Positions 1 through 9,663 of a stretch of 64,000 nucleotides of DNA are shown in pieces; within the stretch, counting starts at the first letter, position 1, and each line of letters starts with the position of its first letter. The position numbers were made by a program, and so were the translations under genes. Source of the stretch: an uncultured delta proteobacterium (GTDB taxonomy: Bacteria > Desulfobacterota > Desulfobacteria > Desulfobacterales > QNYZ01); NCBI GenBank assembly GCA_963845145.1, contig CAWJQU010000003.1:1-64000 (forward strand), read 5' to 3'. The notes beneath the pieces are model-generated. The model had not been told where the DNA came from. It saw nothing but the letters and a program-made list of their open reading frames with translations, and made no database searches.

Positions 1-63
1 AATATTTACTTAACTGAAGAAAACGAGACTTTTTCTAAACAACTTTACAATCGTTTGGAGTGA
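1..63 (+). CDS. possible 3' end of a gene entering the window (NIYLTEENETFSKQLYNRLE*)
   Basis: Frame 1 is open from base 1 to TGA at 61-63, followed by TAA. Too short to assign a product. Confidence 0.3.
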   Translation, partial: NIYLTEENETFSKQLYNRLE

Positions 64-494
64 TAAAAGCTATTCTCGTATTTACAATTGGTTGGTCTGG
101 TAAATAGGTGGGTGGGCGAGACTTAAATCCGCCAAGCAGTTGGGATGCCAGAGAAACTATTTTTCAAATTATTTGCGAACATTATTTTGGGATTAGTAAT
201 CTGTGTGATGGCGCCAAAAAAGAGTCGATTTACGACAATAGCTACACACATAAAACAAATTTTTAGTATCGTCAGGTTGTGTGCGTTTAATATGGCAAGG
301 GATTATGAACATATGAAGGTTGCGATAGTATTCGGAGAGGTACGCTCGGAGAAGAAAATCCGGGTTTAACACCTTCATTAGACCTTACTCCAGTCTATTT
401 CTTCGCCAAATAGCAGTGTTTTGTTGCTTTGAACAAAAGTTGATAGCTTGCCTATCTCAAGAAAAAGAGGCTAATATGAAGAATGTATACGTAA

Positions 495-519
495 ACCGGG
501 GGATATTAGGTCCCCCGGT
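495..519 (-). terminator. GC-rich hairpin, possible terminator of the minus-strand transcript
   Basis: Perfect 9-bp stem ACCGGGGGA/TCCCCCGGT with a 7-nt loop, about 130 nt past the stop at 648. The U-tract is short. Confidence 0.4.
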
Positions 520-647
520 CCACTGCCGTAGTTTTAACGTCTATTTTGCAGGGTGCGTTTCCTCTGGAAACCCCTGATTATCCAGGGACTTATCTGCCAC
601 CCAAACTGCCCTAACGATTTTGGCCACCTGATAATTACCTATATTTC

Positions 648-989
648 TTAATTGGGGTTATCCATCTGAAGGCTAACAACAACTTGACCGGAATCATCGA
701 AAGGATTAGCAGTGTTAATGTTAACGGTTGTATTTAGAGAGATTGCCGTTAACATGGTAGCAACAATTTTATTGCCACCAGGTTCGGAATCAAGAACTTG
801 AACTCTTCCAGCAGTGGTCCCACATGTGGCCTGGACTATCGTATTTCCAGTGGGACTATTCATATTAATCCTTGTAATTGTACAACCTGTAGCCCAATCT
901 GCATGAGCGCTACTAAACCCGACAAAGATCATAGAGAAAACAAGAATTGTTAAAATGATAGTTTTTTTTAAATCTTTTTTCATTTTCAT
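648..989 (-). CDS. small secreted protein, beta-rich, two Cys; possible OB-fold (AB5 B-subunit-like)
   Basis: AGGAGA RBS (996-1001) before ATG at 989/992. Sec signal KKDLKKTIILTILVFSMIFVGFSSAHA, then a mature part of about 83 aa. Confidence 0.75.
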   Translation of the reverse strand: MKMKKDLKKTIILTILVFSMIFVGFSSAHADWATGCTITRINMNSPTGNTIVQATCGTTAGRVQVLDSEPGGNKIVATMLTAISLNTTVNINTANPFDDSGQVVVSLQMDNPN

Positions 990-1086
990 CATAAATCTCC
1001 TTTTAATGTTTTTTTGTGCTCCCGTATTATTACGCCGTATGTCAATATAGTTTCTAATAATTAAAATGTGCAAATTTAGGCCATAC

Positions 1087-1842
1087 TTATTCCTCCTTCT
1101 TGTCTTGTTTGATATGTTTTGCCCATTCCTTATATTTTTTTATAGAATTTTCCATATCTTTGTATGAAAAACCTGGCTCAACTTCATCTTTTGAAAACAT
1201 TTCTTTTTTTTGATTTTCATAATTTTTTACCGCATCTTCCATACGCTGATATGAAAATCCTGGTTCTATTTCTTCTGTTAACTGAAGATTTTTCTTCCCC
1301 TCGTTGTACATAGATATTGCACTTTCCATGTCTTTATAGGAAAATCCAGGTTCTATCTCAGCCTTCAAATTATCATTTGAAGTACCGATTTCGGTACTGG
1401 ACTTAGATATTGTCTTTCCATTTGATTCAAAAATCTTTATATTTATCATCCGCTTCTCCAAATCACTAATAACGGCATGCGCAGTAATATCCGCTCGCTT
1501 TACAAGTAATTCGATTGCCTCAGATAGCGTGTTATTCTTAAAGATAACGGTTATTTTTTTTTGAGGAATTTTACCACTTAATATAATTTTGTAGTCTGTT
1601 TGTTCATATATCTCTTTGCAAGCCTCTTCAATTGTTTTTTCCTCAATATTCAACGAGAATTTTATATCTTCCGCACTCTCATCTCCCCATGAGAATGGTA
1701 AAAGCACAAGCAAAGAAAATAGTAAACACATGGGGAATAGTAAAATAATAATTTTAAATGCTGTTTCATTTTTTTTCTTAAAATTATTCAATGATTCCGA
1801 AGTCCATCTGATATCAATATTTTTGTAGATTAAACAAAACAT
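1087..1842 (-). CDS. exported protein with STN (secretin/TonB short N-terminal)-like domain and three 29-aa C-terminal repeats; start uncertain (ATG 1731 possible)
   Basis: Hydrophobic N-terminal segment. FSLNIEEKTIEEACKEIYEQTDYKII...KITVIFKNNTLSEAIELLV matches the STN pattern. E(I/V)EPGFSY occurs three times. Confidence 0.65.
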   Translation of the reverse strand: MFCLIYKNIDIRWTSESLNNFKKKNETAFKIIILLFPMCLLFSLLVLLPFSWGDESAEDIKFSLNIEEKTIEEACKEIYEQTDYKIILSGKIPQKKITVIFKNNTLSEAIELLVKRADITAHAVISDLEKRMINIKIFESNGKTISKSSTEIGTSNDNLKAEIEPGFSYKDMESAISMYNEGKKNLQLTEEIEPGFSYQRMEDAVKNYENQKKEMFSKDEVEPGFSYKDMENSIKKYKEWAKHIKQDKKEE

Positions 1843-2000
1843 TTTGTAGCCTCAGGCTTTAATATCGTATACTAAAAAATTTGTTCCCTTCACCAAAAAT
1901 AATCGACCCCAGAATACTAAAAATTATTAAATATGTCAATAACCTTATGATTCATGGGCAATTATATCACTTACCTCCACGTCAATAGGGATTCTTAATC

Positions 2001-2780
2001 CTAATTTTTTACCGATAATGAATTATCATTTTTAAACATTTTCAATATGTCATTCGTCGCCCCAAAATTTTTTACACCCCCCTCATCAATCCATAAACAT
2101 TTTGAAGCTATTTCGCGGATTTGATTTATATTATGACTGGCAATTACAATACCCCTTGCAGTTGATAAAAACTCGGCCATTTTTTTCTGGGCTTTGTTTC
2201 GAAATTGTTTATCTCCTGCGCCAAGCACTTCGTCAATTATTAAAATTTCCGGTTTGGTATGAACCGCAACGGAAAAACCCAAGCGTGCTTTCATTCCCAT
2301 TGAGTAATGTTTTATTGGTGTTTCAATGAATTTTGCTAACCCTGAAAATGCAACGATATCGTCAAATACATCATTTATCTCTGTTTTGTTCATACCCATG
2401 TACATAGCGTTGAGGTAAATATTCTCTCTTCCATTTAGGTTTAACATAAAACCTGAGCCAAGCGCTAATAGTGACGATACCCTGCCATTTAATTTAACAA
2501 CGCCCTCATCAGGAATTAACACTTGAGATAAAATTTTTAATAACGTTGATTTTCCTGCTCCATTTCGACCTATCAATCCTATCACTTCACCTTTTTTCAA
2601 AGAAAAGGTGACATCCTTTAAAGCCCAAAAACCTTCCGTCTGTTGACGGCTTAATATCATCTTAAATACGCTTGCAAAACTTTTATTGATTCCGCTCCTT
2701 CGTTCAGCCAGGTTACGCCTGAAACGAATGCCGACATTATGTACATCTATTAAAATATTATTATCGGAATTATTGTGCAT
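2001..2780 (-). CDS. wzt: polysaccharide/O-antigen ABC exporter ATP-binding subunit (Wzt/TagH type, no C-terminal carbohydrate-binding domain)
   Basis: FWALKDVTF, Walker A GRNGAGKST, signature YSMGMKARLGFS, Walker B IIDEVLGAGD. Confidence 0.92.
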   Translation of the reverse strand: MHNNSDNNILIDVHNVGIRFRRNLAERRSGINKSFASVFKMILSRQQTEGFWALKDVTFSLKKGEVIGLIGRNGAGKSTLLKILSQVLIPDEGVVKLNGRVSSLLALGSGFMLNLNGRENIYLNAMYMGMNKTEINDVFDDIVAFSGLAKFIETPIKHYSMGMKARLGFSVAVHTKPEILIIDEVLGAGDKQFRNKAQKKMAEFLSTARGIVIASHNINQIREIASKCLWIDEGGVKNFGATNDILKMFKNDNSLSVKN

Positions 2781-2803
2781 TTGGTTTTATAAATTAACGC
2801 CTA

Positions 2804-3601
2804 TCACAAACATTTTAATATTTTTCTTTCATGCAAACAAAAGAATGAATATCCAATTGAAATAATAAGGAAAGAATAAATAAATAGAATTATTAGATAC
2901 TCTGTTTTAGGAGCCACTCCATTTAAAAAGATATCCCGATAGCTAAGGATTAGTGGTGCCACGGGATTTAATAGAATATAGATGTCTCGATATTTAACCG
3001 GGATTCGTTCCACACTATAAAAAATCGGCGATAAAAATAGGAATCCACGTGTTAACAGTTCAACAATATTCAGAAGGTCGGTAAAATAGACGCCTAAAAT
3101 TGAAAAAATCATAGCGATACCGCAAAGCATAACAATCTGGAAAAAAAATGGTACGATAATCCATAGAATGGTTACCGAAACGGTACGATAGTAAAGCACA
3201 GCGGCAATAAAAATAATTAAAAACCCAAAAATTAGTTTTACATGATTTACCAAAATATTGGATACCGGCAAAAATATTCTTGGAAAAGATAATTGGCTAA
3301 GTAGCGGTAAATTTCCTCTAAGTGCATTCAAAGACTGGTTAGTCGAACTAGAAATAGCCTTGAAAGGAATTAATCCACATAGAATAAAAATATGATAATC
3401 AGGGCCACCACGTTGAAAAATTATGTGAAATAGCAACCAATAAATAATAGTTGATAAAAGTGGTTCAAGAATCCACCACAGGTACCCCAGCATAAACTCT
3501 TTTTGCCCGACAACCAATTTGCTGACGATCATTTGCTTGAGCAAATCACGGCGCATATATGCCTGAGTAATGTTATCTTTTATTCGGGTTTTAAGGGTCA
3601 T
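2804..3601 (-). CDS. wzm: polysaccharide ABC exporter permease (Wzm/TagG type)
   Basis: LGYLWWILEPL, FLSPIFY and LNP motifs; about 6 TM segments; adjacent to wzt. Confidence 0.9.
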   Translation of the reverse strand: MTLKTRIKDNITQAYMRRDLLKQMIVSKLVVGQKEFMLGYLWWILEPLLSTIIYWLLFHIIFQRGGPDYHIFILCGLIPFKAISSSTNQSLNALRGNLPLLSQLSFPRIFLPVSNILVNHVKLIFGFLIIFIAAVLYYRTVSVTILWIIVPFFFQIVMLCGIAMIFSILGVYFTDLLNIVELLTRGFLFLSPIFYSVERIPVKYRDIYILLNPVAPLILSYRDIFLNGVAPKTEYLIILFIYSFLIISIGYSFFCLHERKILKCL

Positions 3602-3634
3602 TATACATTCATTTTTATCGAAAGATATTAGGCG

Positions 3635-4636
3635 CTAATCTAAAAGATGCGCCCTGTTTCTTAAGAACCAATTAATTGATTTTCGTAAGCCATCGTCCAG
3701 ATTAACTTTTGCCTGCCAATTTAGTTTTTCCAATGCTTTTCTGGTATCTGAAAAATTGCGTTTCAAGTCTCCGACACGCTCCTCAACATGAGTCAACGTG
3801 ACTGATTCGGAAACGCCCATCTCTTTCAGGATAGCAACCAATTTATCAGTCATTTCGGATATGGTTATCTCACGGGCAGTGGCAATCTGAAAAATTTCAC
3901 CTCCGATTCCATCCGCAACAGCTGCCTTTCGAATCGCATTAACCAGATCGTCAATATAAATAAAATCCCTGGTTTGACTTCCATCCCCATAAATCTCTAA
4001 AATTTTCCCATTAAAAACACGTTTGATAAATTTTGCCACGACACTGTTTTTACGAGATGATAACGGACCGTAAACATTACCAAACCTCAGGGAAACTGTT
4101 TCGATACCATAAGAATGAAAAAAAGCCGAACAATATCCCTCTCCGGCCAACTTGCTAGCGCCGTATGGAGAGATCGGGTGAGCGGCGATCTCTTCGTGAA
4201 TAGGAGGGGTACATAATCCAGCCGGTGCTCCGCTGGAAGCAAAAACGAATCGTTTCACATTTGCCACCCGGGCAGCTTCAAGATAATTAAAAGTACCCAT
4301 AACGTTGGTCGTGCAATCCTTACGCGGATCAACAACGGATGCGGGAACGCCTGTGTTAGCGGCCAAATGAACAATGATATCACAATTTCGGGCCGCACGA
4401 ACTGCCAGATCGGCATTTAAAACATCTTCCACGAGCATTTGAACCCCGGGGCTTTTTTCTGAAAGCATTTTTGGCGTAATCAACTGAAAATCGCAAACCA
4501 TTTTTAAGTCATTCTTCGTCCCAACACTCAAATTGTCGATAATCAGGATTTGGTGCCCGCCCTCTGCAAGCAGATGCTGGATCAAATTACGGCCGATAAA
4601 TCCACAACCCCCAGTAATCAACCAGCGAGTCACCAT
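3635..4636 (-). CDS. NAD-dependent nucleotide-sugar epimerase/dehydratase (UDP-glucose 4-epimerase-like)
   Basis: GGCGFIG, YGASK, RFGNVYGP and GDGSQTRDFIY motifs. Confidence 0.9.
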   Translation of the reverse strand: MVTRWLITGGCGFIGRNLIQHLLAEGGHQILIIDNLSVGTKNDLKMVCDFQLITPKMLSEKSPGVQMLVEDVLNADLAVRAARNCDIIVHLAANTGVPASVVDPRKDCTTNVMGTFNYLEAARVANVKRFVFASSGAPAGLCTPPIHEEIAAHPISPYGASKLAGEGYCSAFFHSYGIETVSLRFGNVYGPLSSRKNSVVAKFIKRVFNGKILEIYGDGSQTRDFIYIDDLVNAIRKAAVADGIGGEIFQIATAREITISEMTDKLVAILKEMGVSESVTLTHVEERVGDLKRNFSDTRKALEKLNWQAKVNLDDGLRKSINWFLRNRAHLLD

Positions 4637-5776
4637 TTCACCCCATTAAAAATGGTCTCTTTTCGGATATTCTGTTTAAATTTTTCGACCACTTGATACA
4701 TCTGAATCAAAATATCTTCATTCAGCAAATGGGGTTTAATGCCCAAGTCTCTCAGTCCTTGGTACGTGGGATTATAGTAATGAGATTCAGCTTCCTTGCG
4801 GGGGTTTTCCAGATGTTGGATCTTAACATCATATCCCAAGGTCGATCCGGCCTTCTTCACCCGCTGCGCCAACTCATTGATATCAAAAGTTTCCATTATT
4901 TGATTATAGATCTGTAATCGGCCCGGTTCAGGCGCATTTTTAGTTGCCAATTCAATGCATTGCAGGGTATCGCGGATATTAAGATATCCTCGCGTCTGTC
5001 CACCTTTACCAAAAACCGTTAAGGGATATCCTGCGACAGCCTGGACGACAAAACGGTTGATCACTGTACCGAAAAATTCATCATAATTAAAAAACGGGCG
5101 AAGCCTTTCGTCTGCCATGGTATCATCAGTATCAATACCGTAGACCGGCCCCTGCATCAGATCGGTCACCCGTAAGGTTCCACATTCGAACCCCAAACCA
5201 AAGCAGGTCCGTATCCATAATTTTGGTCGTGTGGTATAGTGAGCTCGCCTGACGCGGATATAAGAAAGTATCCTTGCGCCCCTTATGTTCGATATCAAGC
5301 CATCCCTCCTCAATATCAATATTGGGGGTACCATACTCGCCCATGGTACCTAACTTAATGATGTGACATTGTGGGGAGAAATCTTTAACCGCAAACATAA
5401 GGTTGTTAGTGACTATTAAATTATTTATCAGCGTACAGTTCGCTGTCTTGTAATTATAGAGCGAATATGGGGCCGATGGTTGTTCAGCGAAATGAACAAT
5501 GGTGTCAAATGCATTGGACTTGATCAAGCGACGAAAGCTTTCAGCATCTGATAGGTCCCCAATAACAACCTGGATCATATTTCCAGTATTCTGATGCCAG
5601 ATTTCAGCTCGTTCGGTTAATGAAGGTACCGGGAACAGAAAATCCACGCCCATCTCTAAACAGCGTTTACGACGAAAATAATTGTCTACCACTGTGACTG
5701 AGTGGCCACTGGCAGAAAACCGCATGGCAGTAGGCCAGCCAAGATATCCATCACCACCTAAGATTAAAACATTCAA
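4630..5776 (-). pseudogene. sqdB: UDP-sulfoquinovose synthase (SqdB/Agl3), interrupted by one extra base near 5173; probably an assembly error
   Basis: N-half has GGDGYLGWPTA, HFAEQPSAPYS, KLGTMGEYGTPNIDIEEG and SLYHTTK. C-half has RVTDLMQGPVYG, YDEFFGTVINRF and ENPRKEAESHYY. The halves join as WNL-RVTDL if one base is removed from AACCTTACGGGTG. Confidence 0.88.
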
Positions 5777-5845
5777 AAGCCTACCTTCAGTCTGTTAATT
5801 AAGGCTTATAGCCAAGCCATCCAAATCGTTTTTTTTGAATTGCCA

Positions 5846-6955
5846 CTAAATATGTTCTCCCGGCCAGTAGCGCTTTAGTGGCAAATCCTTATTTACATCC
5901 AGTGGTTTAAGCAGATGATGTTGCTGTAAAAAAGCCCTGGTTTGCGATGGCGTCAGCGGTGTTGTTTGGTTCGAGTTGTATGGATTTTGAACCTCTTTGC
6001 TGACAATATCTTCGTAATTGTATGTTATTTTGCGATAAAACCCCCGAAAAGCGGGTAAAACCGCAAAATAGTGCGGCAATTCAACCGCGCGGCGCGTTTC
6101 TTCACGGCTCATCAATTCTTCGTATAATTTTTCTCCGGGCTTGACACCAACGGTTTCGATTTTAACCGTATCCACCGAATAACCATATAGTGGCGCCAGT
6201 TCTTGGACCATAACCTCGGCAAGGGTTTTAATGCGAATCACCGGCATTTTGGTGATCAATACTTCCCCTCCCCTTGCCATGGCTATGGAATTAACCACTA
6301 GCCTAACAGCCTGATCGACACTCATGATAAACCGTGTCATGTTCGGATCCGTTAATGTTACCGGGCCGCCCAAAGCAATTTGGCGATGAAAAAGAGGTAC
6401 GACTGAGCCACTGGAGCCTAACACATTCCCAAACCGTGTTGCGGCGAAAATCGTATCGCTTTCAAAAGCATTGCTATTGGCGGCGGTCATCAGACGTTCA
6501 CCCATCAATTTAGAGGTTCCCATGACATTGGTTGGATTGACAGCTTTATCTGATGAAGTAAACAATACGTGCTCAACACTATTTTCAAGAGCTGCGTCAA
6601 TTATATTCTGAACACCGTTAATGTTTGTTTGAACTGCCTCAAAAGGCGATTGTTCACAAAGGCTCACATGTTTGAAGGCCGCCGTATGAAACACCACATC
6701 AACACGGTGCATCTTGCGTTGTAGTTTGCCACGATCACGTATATCAGCTAAGCGGAAGTGGCATTGGGGGGAATCAATAAACTGCTGTTCCAGAAAGAAA
6801 AGGCCACTTTCATTATTATCTAACCCGATAATTTCCTTCGGTTTACTTTTACTTTCCAATAAAACCGATAGTATTTCACGACCAATGGTTCCACAAACAC
6901 CGGTAATCAAAACTCTTTTATCTTTAAAAAAGTCTATTGGGTGTACCATTTTCAA
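5846..6955 (-). CDS. polysaccharide biosynthesis UDP-GlcNAc 4,6-dehydratase (CapD/PseB/FnlA family)
   Basis: HTAAFKHV, SSDKAVNPTNVMGTSK, RFGNVLGSSGSVVP, MTRF and KPGEKLYEEL motifs. Confidence 0.9.
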   Translation of the reverse strand: MKMVHPIDFFKDKRVLITGVCGTIGREILSVLLESKSKPKEIIGLDNNESGLFFLEQQFIDSPQCHFRLADIRDRGKLQRKMHRVDVVFHTAAFKHVSLCEQSPFEAVQTNINGVQNIIDAALENSVEHVLFTSSDKAVNPTNVMGTSKLMGERLMTAANSNAFESDTIFAATRFGNVLGSSGSVVPLFHRQIALGGPVTLTDPNMTRFIMSVDQAVRLVVNSIAMARGGEVLITKMPVIRIKTLAEVMVQELAPLYGYSVDTVKIETVGVKPGEKLYEELMSREETRRAVELPHYFAVLPAFRGFYRKITYNYEDIVSKEVQNPYNSNQTTPLTPSQTRAFLQQHHLLKPLDVNKDLPLKRYWPGEHI

Positions 6956-7022
6956 AAAACATCCACGGTTAAGTAATTGATTTTATCGATTTCAATCCAG
7001 AACAAATCCGATTGTCTATTCA

Positions 7023-7826
7023 TTATAAAACATCTGCAAACTGCGGTTTGAGCCGCTGAAATACCAGAGCTCCCAGCACAAAAAGGCTACTCGATAGGAC
7101 CCAGAACCAAAGCGTTTGGTAGGGATGGTGCCAGAAAGCGATACCGTAGAGAAACGATTCACGGTAGCCTTGGACAATATAAAAAACCGGATTGAGCTTG
7201 AAAAAAGGTTGTAGCTTTTCCGGCATGATACTGATGTCCCAGAAAATGGGGGTTGCCCAGAATCCGACTTGAATCACAACGGCAACAATCTGGGCGACAT
7301 CACGCAGAAAGACATTGAGGGCAGAGACGAGCCATCCAATGCCTAATGCCAAAAAGGCCATGCAGAAAAGGTAATATATAAATTGTAAATAGTATCCCGT
7401 GATGGGGACATGATTGAACAAAATGAGGACCAGCAGCATCAGTAGGAAAATGGTGTGTCGAATAAACGCGGAAACAACCTTGACAACCGGGAGTATTTGA
7501 GAGTGAAAAACGGTTTTTTTGATTAAATGGGCATTTGCCACTAAAATACCCGATGACCCGGTGATGATTTCCGAAAAAGCAAACCATGGCGCCATTCCAG
7601 CGGTTAGCCAGACCACAAAAGGAATATTGCCAGCTGGTTTGGCCCGAAACCCCAGGCTAAAAACCATCCACAAAACGGTAATGAGCACCAACGGCTGAAT
7701 AAACGCCCAGATAAACCCCAGCAAAGATCCAATATATTGACTGGCCACCTCTCTTTTGGCCATCGCGGCAATCAGGTGTTTCTGTAAAAAAAGAAGCCTG
7801 ATAAAATAATAAAAACGTTTTATCAT
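7023..7826 (-). CDS. wzm: second polysaccharide ABC exporter permease (Wzm type)
   Basis: YIGSLLGFIWAFIQPL, FWATPIFW, LNPVFYIVQGYR and terminal FADVL. Confidence 0.92.
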   Translation of the reverse strand: MIKRFYYFIRLLFLQKHLIAAMAKREVASQYIGSLLGFIWAFIQPLVLITVLWMVFSLGFRAKPAGNIPFVVWLTAGMAPWFAFSEIITGSSGILVANAHLIKKTVFHSQILPVVKVVSAFIRHTIFLLMLLVLILFNHVPITGYYLQFIYYLFCMAFLALGIGWLVSALNVFLRDVAQIVAVVIQVGFWATPIFWDISIMPEKLQPFFKLNPVFYIVQGYRESFLYGIAFWHHPYQTLWFWVLSSSLFVLGALVFQRLKPQFADVL

Positions 7827-8726
7827 CTAATTTTGGCTCATATTATCTGAATCCAGCCATTTTACCAACATCTGCTGTAGACTCCGTTCCCATGGTTGCG
7901 GCGTAATACCAAATCTTTGTTCAATTTTACGACAATTGAGAATAGAATTGGCAGGCCTTTGGGCCGGTGTTGGATAGTCTTCGGTTGATATGGGCTCCAC
8001 CTTCCGAACCATAAGGGGTATTTTCTCTTTCGACACATCGAAAATTTCTTCGGCAAATCCATGCCAAGTCGTACTCCCACTTCCACAAAAATGATAGGTC
8101 CCCCAATTATCATTTACCCCGTTTGAAATTTGGTGTGCTATGGAGAGGATTGCATCCGCCAAATCAGCCGCATAGGTCGGGCAGCCGTATTGATCGGCAA
8201 CCACATGGATCGACTCTCTCTCTTTGCCCAATCGAATCATTGTCTTGACAAAATTATTGCCATGGGTGCCATACAGCCACGCCGTGCGGATAATGATATG
8301 AGACACAAGCGCTTCTCTAACGGCATCTTCTCCGGCCGCTTTGCTTTTTCCATAAACCCCTGTGGGGTCAACCGGGTCGGTTTCAACGTATGGGGTTTGT
8401 TTTTTTCCATTGAATACATAATCCGTAGATATGTGAATCATGGGAATACCGTGGGTAGCACAGATTTTTGCCAAATACCGGGGGCCTTTTTCATTCACGG
8501 CATAGGCGACCTCAGGCTCGGACTCAGCCTTATCAACCGCCGTATAGGCCGAAGCATTAATAACCAGTTGTGGTTTAGACTTTTCCACCTTTTGGGCTAC
8601 CTGGGTTTGATCCGTGATGTTAAAATCCGGCAAGTCAACCCCAATGGTAGCGTGGCCCTGCTCTTTTCCCTTTTTGACCAATTCCCATCCGAGCTGGCCA
8701 TTTGCGCCGACGACAAGCAACTTCAT
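7827..8726 (-). CDS. rfbD: dTDP-4-dehydrorhamnose reductase
   Basis: MKLLVVGANGQLG, AYTAVDKAE, HISTDYVF, YGKSK, DQYGCPT and YPTPAQRP motifs. GGAGGA RBS at 8737-8742. Confidence 0.93.
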   Translation of the reverse strand: MKLLVVGANGQLGWELVKKGKEQGHATIGVDLPDFNITDQTQVAQKVEKSKPQLVINASAYTAVDKAESEPEVAYAVNEKGPRYLAKICATHGIPMIHISTDYVFNGKKQTPYVETDPVDPTGVYGKSKAAGEDAVREALVSHIIIRTAWLYGTHGNNFVKTMIRLGKERESIHVVADQYGCPTYAADLADAILSIAHQISNGVNDNWGTYHFCGSGSTTWHGFAEEIFDVSKEKIPLMVRKVEPISTEDYPTPAQRPANSILNCRKIEQRFGITPQPWERSLQQMLVKWLDSDNMSQN

Positions 8727-8733
8727 AACGGGC

Positions 8734-9643
8734 CTATCCTCCGTTAATTTCGGTAATGTTCGACGGCATTGGCTGATCATTGCCGATCATGCCGAGCAGA
8801 TAGCGACCATACCCATTTTTTTCCAGTGGTTTCGCCAACCGGGCGACTTGCTCGGCATCAATATATCCCATATGGTAAGCAATTTCTTCAACACAGGCGA
8901 CCTTTAACCCCTGCCGCTCCTCGATAACTTCAATAAAACTCGATGCCTGCATCAGGCTTTCGTGGGTCCCCGTATCCAGCCAAGCGACACCGCGACCGAT
9001 TTTTTCCACAAATAGTTGCCCCCTCTGGAGGTAAACACGGTTGACATCGGTGATTTCAAGCTCTCCTCGATCCGAGGGTTTGAGTTCCGCGGCAATATCA
9101 AGCACCTGATTATCATAAAAATACAGGCCGGTAATAGCCCAGTTGGATCTGGGTTTTTCCGGCTTTTCTTCCAAATGAACAGCTTGTCCTTGTTCATCAA
9201 AGGTCACAATACCGTAACGTTCCGGATCACGCACCCAGTACCCGAAAATCGTGGCCCCTTGCGTCAATTTCGCCGACTGGGTAACCTTTTCGGATAATCC
9301 GTGCCCATAATAAATATTATCCCCCAAAACCAGACAAACCGTGTCGTCCCCTACAAAATCACGGCCAATAATAAATGCCTGGGCAAGTCCTTCCGGCCTG
9401 GGTTGTTCGGCATATGAAAATGAAAGGCCCCATTGGGAACCATCTTTTAACAAGGTCTCAAATCTGGGCAAATCTTCCGGTGTTGATATAATCAAAATTT
9501 CCCGGATACCGGCCAACATTAAAACGGAAAGCGGGTAGTAAATCATCGGCTTATCGTACACCGGCAGTAATTGCTTACTAACGACCTTGAGTGATCGGAT
9601 ACAGGCGAGTGCCGGATCCGCCGGCCAGTATAATTCCTTTCAT
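8734..9643 (-). pseudogene. rfbA: glucose-1-phosphate thymidylyltransferase, interrupted by one extra base near 9587; probably an assembly error
   Basis: ATG 9643 gives [18 protein letters not shown], then a one-base shift leads into [18 protein letters not shown]...EEKP...RGELEITD...[10 protein letters not shown]. Confidence 0.92.
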
Positions 9644-9663
9644 ACACAAACTCCCGATTGTTT

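Noticed and set aside
145..378. Two short overlapping ORFs (74 and 61 aa)
   Set aside because: No clear RBS or motif; cannot be supported as genes.
8130..8747. 205-aa plus-strand ORF and the many other 60-200 aa antisense or nested ORFs
   Set aside because: They overlap well-supported genes on another strand or frame and carry no motifs.
7827..8780. Longest-ORF starts from the track for rfbD, ugd, purB, yejB, the M24 peptidase, rplM and the 648 ORF
   Set aside because: Downstream starts fit family N-termini and, where visible, RBS positions better; coordinates were trimmed.
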